The translations under genes were made by a program, and so were the position numbers. From Bacteroidota bacterium (GTDB taxonomy: Bacteria > Bacteroidota > Bacteroidia > Bacteroidales > 4484-276): a stretch of DNA of 37,013 nucleotides. The stretch lies in assembly GCA_013203545.1 (NCBI GenBank), contig JABMQA010000345.1, positions 1 through 37,013 on the forward strand. The letters run 5' to 3'. Below are positions 7,499 to 16,300 of the stretch, in pieces. Below the pieces are notes generated by a model. It saw only the letters and a list, made by a program, of their open reading frames with translations. It was not told the origin of the DNA and did not search any database. The stretch's first letter is position 1. The number at the start of each line of letters is the position of its first letter.

Positions 7499-9586
7499 CT
7501 ACTTCCCTTTTAAAACACGTGTAGCATTCAATATTGCTATCAAAGCAACTCCCATATCGCCAAATACGGCTTCCCACATGGTGGCAATTCCAAAAATGCC
7601 CAGAATAATAAAAACAGTCTTAACTCCCAGTGCAAAAATGATATTCTGCCAAACAATTGTCCGTGTTCGGGATGCTACATCTATTGCTGCAACAACTTTC
7701 GAAGGTGAGTCTGTCATTAAAACAACATCGGCGGTTTCAATTGCTGCATCAGAACCCAGTGCGCCCATGGCAATTCCCACATCGGCACGGGCAATTACCG
7801 GTGCATCATTAATACCATCGCCAACAAACGCGACCTTTCCTTTGTTTTCCGTTATTAAAATCTCGATATGTTTTACCTTATCTTCGGGCAAGAGCTCAGC
7901 AAAGTATTTGTCTATCTTTAATTTTTTAGCAAAAGCGGCGGCGGCAAATTTGCTATCGCCTGTAAGCATTACCGTTTGGATATTCTTTGCTTTTAATTTT
8001 TCAATTGCTTCAATGGCATCCTCTTTCAGGGTGTCCGAAATAATGATGTACCCGGCATAAATAGAATCAATTGCTATGTGAACTACTGTTCCTTCTACAT
8101 TGCAAACAGGATGCTTAATGTATTCTTTATGCAATAGTTTGTCATTGCCTGCAAGGATTATTGTCCCATCAATAATAGCTTTAATGCCATGCCCGGAAAT
8201 TTCTTCGACTTGTTTAATTCTTGATTGATCTGTCTTTTCGTTAAAAGCCTCTAAAATTGATTTCGCAACCGGGTGGTTTGAATTGGTTTCTGCATAAGCG
8301 GCATATTCCAGGATTTCTTCTTTAGAAAAACCGTTCGAAACAACAATCTCAGAAACTTTAAACTCTCCTTTTGTCAGGGTTCCGGTTTTATCAAATACCA
8401 CGGTTCTTACCTGTGTCAGTGCATCCAAAAAGTTTGAGCCTTTCACCAGAATTCCTTTTCTTGAAGCACCGCCGATACCACCAAAGTACCCGAGCGGAAT
8501 ACTGATTACCAGGGCACAGGGACAGGAAATAACCAGTACCACCAACGCCCTGTAAATCCAATCGCTAAAAGTTTCCCCACTTATTAAAAGCGGAGGTACA
8601 ACAGCAATCAGAAGGGCACCAAACACTACGACAGGAGTATAATATTTAGCAAAAGTGGTAATGAATTTTTCTGTTTCTGCTTTTTTGGATGTAGCATTTT
8701 CAACCATTTCAAGGATTTTCGATATTGAAGATTCACCAAAAAGACGTGTGACTTTAACAGTGATTAATCCGGATTGATTTATCATACCGGCTAGTACTTC
8801 ATCATTTAGTTTTATATTTCGAGGGACACTTTCCCCGGTAAGTGCTGAAGTATCAACAAAAGAATTGCCATCAACTACCAACCCGTCCAAGGGAATTTTT
8901 TCACCGGCTCTTACTACTATCTCGTCACCAATGTTTACATATTCCGGCGAAACCTTTATTATATCTCCGCCGTCTTTAAGATTAGCGTAATCAGGTTTAA
9001 TTTCAAGCAGCGATTTTATAGACCTTCGAGACCGGTTTACAGCTAAATCCTGAAATAATTCACCAACAACATAAAACAACATTACTGTAACTGCTTCGGG
9101 CATTTCATCTATTGCAAAAGCCCCCAGGGTTGCAATAGTCATTAAAAAGTGTTCATTAAAAACCTGGCCTCTTAAGATGTTTTTTACGGCCAAGGCAATA
9201 ACTTTCCAACCCACAATCAGGTATGCTGTTACAAATACCAAATATTCTGCAATTTGAAAGGGCGTATTGTGAATCTCCTCTTCAAAAATCAGTCCTGCTA
9301 TTAACAGAAGAATACCTGTAACTGCTTTTATAATTGTCCATTTGTTTTCAGCAAGTTCGTTTGACGAAACAGTTGTTTTTTCATTATTATCATCTTCAAT
9401 TTCAACTTCCGGTTCAATCTCTTTAATTAGCGCTTTGACTTTTTCAATATTTTCAGTATCTACTGTCATTGAAGAATTTGCAAAATTGACACTAACAAAT
9501 TCTACTTCATCCAATTTTGCAAGTTTATCTTCAATTTTTGAAGCACAAGATGCACAATCCATGTTATTTAATTTGTATTTTTTCAT
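7499..9586 (-). CDS. P1B-type heavy-metal ATPase, Zn/Cd/Pb (ZntA/CadA-like, P1B-2) subtype
   Basis: 695 aa with an N-terminal HMA domain (NMDCASCASKIE). Core ATPase motifs are TGES, CPCALVISIP, DKTGTLT and GDGINDAP. The last TM carries FGDMGVALIAILNATRVL, a D-x-G signature of divalent P1B-2 pumps rather than the MxxSS of Cu pumps. Confidence 0.92.
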   Translation of the reverse strand: MKKYKLNNMDCASCASKIEDKLAKLDEVEFVSVNFANSSMTVDTENIEKVKALIKEIEPEVEIEDDNNEKTTVSSNELAENKWTIIKAVTGILLLIAGLIFEEEIHNTPFQIAEYLVFVTAYLIVGWKVIALAVKNILRGQVFNEHFLMTIATLGAFAIDEMPEAVTVMLFYVVGELFQDLAVNRSRRSIKSLLEIKPDYANLKDGGDIIKVSPEYVNIGDEIVVRAGEKIPLDGLVVDGNSFVDTSALTGESVPRNIKLNDEVLAGMINQSGLITVKVTRLFGESSISKILEMVENATSKKAETEKFITTFAKYYTPVVVFGALLIAVVPPLLISGETFSDWIYRALVVLVISCPCALVISIPLGYFGGIGGASRKGILVKGSNFLDALTQVRTVVFDKTGTLTKGEFKVSEIVVSNGFSKEEILEYAAYAETNSNHPVAKSILEAFNEKTDQSRIKQVEEISGHGIKAIIDGTIILAGNDKLLHKEYIKHPVCNVEGTVVHIAIDSIYAGYIIISDTLKEDAIEAIEKLKAKNIQTVMLTGDSKFAAAAFAKKLKIDKYFAELLPEDKVKHIEILITENKGKVAFVGDGINDAPVIARADVGIAMGALGSDAAIETADVVLMTDSPSKVVAAIDVASRTRTIVWQNIIFALGVKTVFIILGIFGIATMWEAVFGDMGVALIAILNATRVLKGK

Positions 9587-9687
9587 GGTTTTATGTTTTT
9601 ATTATCTAAGATAAAGCGTATCTATTTTTCATTTGCTGGTTTCAATTCACCGATACAACTCTCAGGCTAAACATTATATTAGTCGAT

Positions 9688-10224
9688 TCAAAGTTGTCTT
9701 TTTAAAACCAATTGATCAAATTGAATATTTACGGTATCTTTAAGACCGGCCACACCAAAATTAAACTGGGAAATATTCAGTCCAACAAAGCCGTATAAAT
9801 GACAGACGTAAGTTACCGATGTCTTACTGTGTTCAATGGTGGCAACTAAAACTAATTGTTCCTGAATATTATTAGCGTTAACCGTTATAGGAACATTTAA
9901 TTTAAGCACCGGATGGTTCCATGTTATAAAATCGTCATCAGGTATTGTTCCTGAAAAATTGACCCACATCGAATTTTTATCAGATAGAATCAGCGAATCA
10001 AGAAATGCCACCCCTGTTCTAAGCGTTTTAAAATCAATTTTACCAACGAACACTTTGGTTGTATAATTGAGGAAGAAGTTAAGATTGCTGCTTTGAGCAA
10101 CAACTCTTTCCCCCTTAAACTCGCCAGTAATGGCAATATTCCCTTCAACTGTGCGATATGTGGTTTGCGCCCGGGTATAATATCCGAATTCAAAAATCAG
10201 AAATAATATCAAAGTTGCGTTCAT
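9688..10224 (-). CDS. Secreted hypothetical protein (possibly YceI-like beta-barrel)
   Basis: 178 aa with an N-terminal hydrophobic signal ending TRAQ and beta-rich composition. The YceI-like guess rests only on a weak pattern (FVGKIDFKTL...). Confidence 0.5.
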   Translation of the reverse strand: MNATLILFLIFEFGYYTRAQTTYRTVEGNIAITGEFKGERVVAQSSNLNFFLNYTTKVFVGKIDFKTLRTGVAFLDSLILSDKNSMWVNFSGTIPDDDFITWNHPVLKLNVPITVNANNIQEQLVLVATIEHSKTSVTYVCHLYGFVGLNISQFNFGVAGLKDTVNIQFDQLVLKRQL

Positions 10225-10343
10225 GGCATAAGTGGTTTTTAGTTAAACGATTAATGTAATTTAATGCTTCTTTTATATCCAGTTCGTGTGCGATTTCCCA
10301 GTCATTCAAAGTATGATTCGTGGATATTTTTGCATCTCTTTCG

Positions 10344-11219
10344 TTAATATTTGTCACTCAGTATCACCGGAGATTTTCCGTCGGTGATAATAATTTTTGC
10401 ATTTGGCGACTTCACCAGTTCTTTGGTAATATCCAGTGCTTTAAACCGAATTAGTTTATCTGTGAGCGAAGAGTTTAAAATATCCTGTGACTTTTTGATG
10501 GCTTCAGATTCTATCAATAGACGTTCTGATTCTTTCTTTTGTTTTTCAATAACAAACTCGAGCGCTATCCGCTGTTTTGTAACTTCCAATTCGGCTTCTT
10601 TTTTCTGTTTCTCAATTTGAAAATCAAGATTTTTCCTTAGAATCTCCACATCTATTTCGGTTTTCAGTGAAATCTGTTCGGCATTTAATTTTGCCTGGAT
10701 GGTTTGCTTTACGGCTTCCGGTAGGTCAATGTCTTTGATAAGCACTAAGTCTATCGAAAAGCCATACTTGCCAACGGTTTCAGTAAGTTTTTCTTTAATA
10801 GATTGTTCGATTTCGGCCCGTTGGGTTATGAGTTCGGTGGCTTTGTGATTAAGCCCTTCCTGCCGTAAGGCAGTAATCAGATTGTTTATGATAAGAGTGT
10901 TTTGGTAATAGCCATCGAATTTCTGATAAATGCTTTGCACTGAATCCGGGATTAAATGATAAAGCAGGGTTATTTCAGAAGTTACTTCGATACCTTCGAT
11001 GCTATGAAATCCAAGATTATTGGAATATTCGATAACCCGGATATCAAAACGTTTAATTTTTGTGCCAATAATCCCTCGTGCATGTGCGCCGGGCAGTAAT
11101 ATGTCAGGTTGAATTTTTCCATAACGCACTTTCAGTCCTACTTCACCTGGGCGAATGACAGAACAACTACTTATCAGAACAACGACTGCTAACAGATAAA
11201 AAATCTTAAATTTTTTCAT
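10344..11219 (-). CDS. SPFH/band-7 (prohibitin-like) lipoprotein
   Basis: 291 aa with lipobox LISSC followed by SVIRPGEVGLKVRYGKI, a typical SPFH-domain start. A long charged coiled-coil C-terminal half follows. Confidence 0.8.
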   Translation of the reverse strand: MKKFKIFYLLAVVVLISSCSVIRPGEVGLKVRYGKIQPDILLPGAHARGIIGTKIKRFDIRVIEYSNNLGFHSIEGIEVTSEITLLYHLIPDSVQSIYQKFDGYYQNTLIINNLITALRQEGLNHKATELITQRAEIEQSIKEKLTETVGKYGFSIDLVLIKDIDLPEAVKQTIQAKLNAEQISLKTEIDVEILRKNLDFQIEKQKKEAELEVTKQRIALEFVIEKQKKESERLLIESEAIKKSQDILNSSLTDKLIRFKALDITKELVKSPNAKIIITDGKSPVILSDKY

Positions 11220-11231
11220 GATTTCTAATTT

Positions 11232-11510
11232 TTAAAGTTTATAATTTATTCTATGACATATTGGACACCATCTTCCCTGTTTAATATAATCAGGAGTACT
11301 TTCAAAAATGTGTCCGGATTTACATTGCCAGTGCATTTTTGTTTTTACGTTAAAATATTTATCAGACAAGCATTTTCCACCTTTATCCAGAGCAAGTTTA
11401 CACATCACATCCAGGCCTAGGGGCTGGTTGCCCGCACAATGCGGACACCAGCTCTTCCTGACTTTTATGCTAAAAGGAGTTGAAACCCAACTATGCCCCT
11501 TACTACACAC
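11232..11510 (-). CDS. Zinc-ribbon repeat protein, probably a 5'-truncated remnant
   Basis: 92 aa with two repeats of W-x-C-x2-GH-x(13-15)-WCP-x-C (WVCSKGHSW...WCPHC; WQCKSGHIF...WCPIC). The ORF begins at a GTG inside a repeat. A further repeat fragment lies upstream in the same frame, behind a TAA at 11547..11549. Confidence 0.5.
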   Translation of the reverse strand: MCSKGHSWVSTPFSIKVRKSWCPHCAGNQPLGLDVMCKLALDKGGKCLSDKYFNVKTKMHWQCKSGHIFESTPDYIKQGRWCPICHRINYKL

Positions 11511-11620
11511 CCAAAGTAATTTATCTTTACTGTTAATGTATCTCTTTTACAAGCATTTTCCACCTCTTTGCTTTGCGATTATTTGCATTCTGGTTAAAGG
11601 TTCCATAACTTTTTTATTAG

Positions 11621-11971
11621 TTATTCTCCATTCTCCAGGCCTGTTTTTACACGGTATGCTTTTTCAACATCGGAAACGTAAATAATTCCGTCACCGTGAT
11701 TAAGTGTACACCCGTGTTCACAGATTAAACTTGTAATAGTATCAACATCAGCATCTTTTGCCACAATTTCAAGTTTAGCAATTTCACTATCAGTAATCGA
11801 AAATTTTTGTGATACAAAAGCTGTATCGTCCTGAAATTTCCCTGTGCCTTCGGCCATAGAAATAGTCATGTTGTCAAAACCTTCTTCTTTTAAGTGCTGA
11901 ATAATTTTATTCACTTTATTTGGTCGTATAAATGCTTTTATTTCTTTCATGATACTAATTTTAATGGTCAT
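11621..11971 (-). CDS. P-II (GlnB/GlnK-fold) family protein
   Basis: MKEIKAFIRPNKVNKIIQHLKEEGF...GDGIIYVSDVEKAYRVKTGLE is collinear with canonical P-II proteins. The likely true start is Met8 at 11950, 10 nt after the czcB stop, because the longer ORF overlaps czcB by 11 nt. Confidence 0.8.
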   Translation of the reverse strand: MTIKISIMKEIKAFIRPNKVNKIIQHLKEEGFDNMTISMAEGTGKFQDDTAFVSQKFSITDSEIAKLEIVAKDADVDTITSLICEHGCTLNHGDGIIYVSDVEKAYRVKTGLENGE

Positions 11972-13298
11972 GTTCAGTTTCTTCTTTGCCCATATCCGAT
12001 ATTAAATAATATGCTACGTTCATTACAATTTGTGTATTTTCCGGTAATGGGTCAATCAGTTTTATTTCGGTATAACCTTCATCTTTAAGACCAGTAATAA
12101 CCTCTACCATACGGAAAGTCATTTCATGCTTCTCATCATTTAATTCGTTAGTATGATCATCATGGTTATGACCTTCGTCATTATCATTGTCATGATTTTC
12201 AACCTCCTCATGACCTTCATCATCATCATTATCGTGATTTGCTAACTCTTCATGACTTTCATTCCCGTTATCGTGTTCATCATGGTCATGTTCATCCATA
12301 GATTCAGTATCTATTACAAAAATGAATGACTTGGTTCCTTCGGTAACAATAGCATCGTTGGGCAAAGTACGTGTATAGTTTTCATCTGTATGAATATGCC
12401 CGGAAATGTACATTCCTGAAATTAAACCCGTAGTTTTTTCATTTATTTTTGCATGAATATGAACTGCCCTTGAATTAGTCTCAAATTCTTTTCCAATTGC
12501 AAATATTGTTGCCGTTAATTCTTCTTCATGGCGGTTTGAAACAGTAAAATGTATTTTTTGCCCTTCCTTAATCAGATGAACGTCTTTTTCGTAAATCATA
12601 AAATCGGCATGAATTGCGCTGTTGTCGGTAATTCCAATTAATATGTCTTTTGCATCAACGTAAGTTCCAACTTTTATATTTACGTCATTTATGAAACCGT
12701 TAATTGGTGACTTAATACTTATTGTATTTGAAATCTCACCTTCTTTAACTTTGTCAGGTGAAAGGTTCAACAACTGCAATCGTGATTTTAAGCCTTCATA
12801 TTTAGCCTTAATTGTATTGTATTCAGATTTTGTTTGCTGATAATCCCTGCCAGCTCCCACATTATTCTCGAAAAGCTCTTTTTGGCGTGCATACTCTTTT
12901 TCTATAAATTCGAGCCTGCTGGATATTTCAGCAAAGTCTTCCTGTAAAGAGATGTAGTCGGGATGTTCGAGTATTGCAAGCTGTTGACCTTTGGATACTT
13001 TGTCGCCATGAAAAACACTAATTGCTTTTACGTTCCCACCAATAATGGCAGTAACTTCGGCACTGCTTGACGGGGGGACTTCCAGTTGGCCATTTGACTT
13101 TACAACCGTTGTTAAATTACGCATCTGAAAAGTCCCCAATTTTAAATCAAGGGCTTCACGTTGACTGGCATTTAAAACTACCGCCCCTTCAACACCATGC
13201 TCTTCGTGTTCTTCTCCTTCTTGATTATCTTTTTTTTCTGAATTACACGATAACAATGCAGCCACCATGATAAATGCTAAAAATATTTTTGTCTTCAT
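11961..13298 (-). CDS. czcB: RND efflux periplasmic adaptor (membrane fusion protein), CzcB-like, with His/Asp-rich insertion
   Basis: 445 aa with lipobox LLSC. Lipoyl/hairpin-type MFP blocks are present (G.V..I.V..GD.V.KGQ.LA; coiled-coil; INGFINDVNIKVGTYV). It lies directly downstream of the RND pump. An acidic/His-rich insert spans residues ~334-392. Confidence 0.9.
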   Translation of the reverse strand: MKTKIFLAFIMVAALLSCNSEKKDNQEGEEHEEHGVEGAVVLNASQREALDLKLGTFQMRNLTTVVKSNGQLEVPPSSSAEVTAIIGGNVKAISVFHGDKVSKGQQLAILEHPDYISLQEDFAEISSRLEFIEKEYARQKELFENNVGAGRDYQQTKSEYNTIKAKYEGLKSRLQLLNLSPDKVKEGEISNTISIKSPINGFINDVNIKVGTYVDAKDILIGITDNSAIHADFMIYEKDVHLIKEGQKIHFTVSNRHEEELTATIFAIGKEFETNSRAVHIHAKINEKTTGLISGMYISGHIHTDENYTRTLPNDAIVTEGTKSFIFVIDTESMDEHDHDEHDNGNESHEELANHDNDDDEGHEEVENHDNDNDEGHNHDDHTNELNDEKHEMTFRMVEVITGLKDEGYTEIKLIDPLPENTQIVMNVAYYLISDMGKEETEHDH

Positions 13299-13316
13299 TT
13301 TATATAATTTTTTCGA

Positions 13317-16300
13317 TTATTTACCTGTTAAATATTTCAATTGGGCAGATAATTCATAATACTCTGCCTGTTGTTTTAAAAAATCCTGTTTAGTATTGAT
13401 AGCCATTTCCATGTTCTGAATAAACTGAACATAGTCAATACTACCAAGACGATACGCCAGATTAGATGCCTGTATTTGCTCATCGGCTAGTGGCAATGCT
13501 TCCTTTTGATAATAGTCGATGACTTGCTGCAATATAAGGTATCGGCTAATTTGTTGATTATATCCGGCTTTTATTTCCAGTTGTTTTTGTTCGTATCGCC
13601 GATTCGCAATTTGGACATCAATTTTTGAAGCCTTTGTTTTGCCGGATTGGGAAAAGAACGCCAATGGAAAAGAGATACCCGCTTCCCAACCATAAAAACC
13701 AGAATTACCATCAACCGATTGCAATTTATATCCCAAGTTTAATTTGGGAAGGAAATTAGACTTTTCTGTTCTCCAAATAGATTCTGCAACATTGATTCCG
13801 GTTGAGTAATAATTTAACAAAGGGCTTCCACTCAAAGAATCGCTGCCAGGAACAATATCAAAAACCTGCTGTTCTAAGTTCTGAATGTTAACATCAAAGA
13901 TCGTCGGTAATAAAAGGTATTGATTTAGAATTTGTAAAGTTGCCAAATAGTTGCTTTCAGCTTTCTTTATATTTACCTGCAATTCTTTGTGCTTGACGGA
14001 TGCAGATAGATATTCTACTTTAGAAGTAGCCTGTGTTTTATATCTTAGTTCGGCAGCCTTCTGAAAATTAGCGTACAAGGTATCAAGTTGTTTGAAAAGC
14101 TGAAATTGTTGTTTGGCATAGACAGCATTGTACCATGCAAAACTAACATCACGGATCAGTGTAAATTCGGTAAGGTTTTGCCCTGATACAGCTTGTTGAG
14201 TACGGGCATTGGCTAATTTGCTTTTTGCTGAAATTCCAAATACATCAATATTCGTCTGTTCAATTCCAATTTTATTTTGAACCCCGGGGAAGTTATTCCC
14301 TACTTCTTCCTTTCCCGTATAAATTGAAGTGCTTCCAAATTCATAAGCCGTAGCTTTTAGTGCTTCTTGTTTGTCAACCTCCAACCGAGCTGCTTTTATA
14401 GAAGGGTATTTTTCTTTAGCCCTTTCCACCGCCAGTTGTAATGTTAGCGATGAATCCTGAGCCTGAGCGTTTCCAGAAAAGCCAAGGCCAACGATTATAA
14501 AAAGCACGGATAGTACAGCTATGGACGGTTTAGGAATTTTTATTCTTTTTCCTTTCGACTCAACAAACTTATAGAGAATAGGTAACACAATCAAGGTAAG
14601 TAAAGTGGATGTAAGCATGCCCCCAATTACAACAGTTGCTAAAGGCCGTTGAACTTCTGCACCTGCGGAAGCTGATACAGCCATCGGCAAAAAGCCCAAA
14701 ATATCGGTTGATGCGGTTAATAAAATTGGTCGGATACGTCGTATAGAGCCCTTTTTAATGATTTCGTTTATGCGGAGCTTGCCTTCAGCTTTTAGTTCAT
14801 TAAATCCACTAATCAACACCAAGCCATTGAGGACTGCGACACCAAACAAGACAATAAAACCTACCCCGGCAGAAATACTAAAAGGCATATCCCTTAAATA
14901 CAATGAAAATACACCACCTACAGCGGCAAATGGTACTGCTACATAAATCATGAGGGTTTGTTTAAACGATTTAACCGCAAAAAATACCAACATGAAAATT
15001 AATGCCAAAGCGAGTGGAACTACAAGAGACAATCTTTTTGAAGCTCTTTGGAGGTTTTCAAAAGCTCCCCCGTACCGAATATAGTAACCCGTAGGTAGTT
15101 CCAGTTTTTCATCTAAAGTTGTTTGGATTTCCTCCACGAGCGACTTAATATCCCTGCCTTCAACATTAATCCCTACATAGGTGCGCCTGTTCGTATTGTC
15201 ACGGCTAATTTGCATCGGCCCTGGCTGATAACTTATTTCAGCAACTTCTTTTAATGGTATTTGATTACCATCAGGAAGATTAACAAACAAGTTTCGGATA
15301 TCGTCAATACTTGTTCGATGTTCTTCGTCCAATCTCACCACAAGGTCGAACATGCGCTCACCTTCGTATATACTTCCGGCAACACCACCACTAAAAGCAG
15401 ATTCAACGATGGTATTTAGCTCTTTAATATTCAAGTTGTATCGACCAAGCTTATTTCTGTCGTAATTAACTGTAATCTGAGGCAATCCTCTTGTGGCTTC
15501 AGCTTTTACGGCTGCAATACCATCAATTTCAGAAATTAGCCCGGCAATTTCTTCTGCTTTATCGGCCAGCATTTCCAAATCATCGCCATATAGTTTAACG
15601 GCAACATCTTGACGAATACCCGTCAACAATTCATTAAAGCGCATTTCAACAGGCTGGGTAAACTCAAAATTGATTCCGGGCAATACACTGACTTTTTCCC
15701 TAACCTTATCAATTAATTCCTTTTTAGATTCGGCTTTTGTCCACTGGTCTTGCGGAGTTAATATCACAAAAATATCAGCAATGTCGATTGGCATAGGATC
15801 CATGGGTAAATCTGCCACCCCAATCCTGCTTTGAATACTTTCTATTTCATCGGGGAAATTCTCTATAACAATTTGCTCCAACCGTGTAGAAGCTTTAGTG
15901 ACTTCGGTTAATGAAGTACCGGGCTTTAAAAACGCCTGAAAAGCAAAATCGCCTTCATCAAGTTTCGGAATAAACTCAGCACCCATCCGTGTAAATAGAA
16001 AACCTCCTGAGATTAATAATGCCAAAGCAATAATAATTACAATAAGGCTTCTTTTAAGTGCCCATTCAATTACAGGACTATATATTTTTTCAAGTTTCCC
16101 AATGATTTTATCTCCCCATGATTTTTTATCTGTTTTAGGCGGCTGAAGAAATAAGGCTGCCATCATTGGTATGTATGTAAGACACAACACTACCACGCCC
16201 AATACGGCAAAACCGAATGTCATAGCCATAGGGATGAACATTTTACCTTCAACACCTTGTAAAGCTAATACGGGTATAAAAACAATCAAAATGATTAGCT

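Noticed and set aside
7578-8060. Long plus-strand ORFs inside the ATPase, RND, adaptor and oxidase genes (for example 7578..8060, 16510..16833, 21104..21481, 21590..22024, 32835..33287, 33253..33567, 34500..34838, 35167..35424).
   Set aside because: They are shadow ORFs opposite strongly supported minus-strand genes with diagnostic motifs. Their composition is low-complexity (Ser/Ala/Ile-rich) and none carries a recognisable motif.
10225-10343. A protein-like open frame without an ATG in the spacer between the SPFH gene and 9688..10224 (...ISTNHTLNDWEIAHELDIKEALNYINRLTKNHL...).
   Set aside because: It has no canonical start except an internal TTG giving about 32 codons, and it runs into the next gene's start. 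It may be a gene remnant, but the evidence is too thin.
11308-11685. Plus-strand 125-aa ORF with a repeated KHFPPL motif.
   Set aside because: It is antisense to the zinc-ribbon remnant and to the 3' end of the P-II-like gene. Its internal repeat merely reflects the GGKCL repeat on the minus strand.
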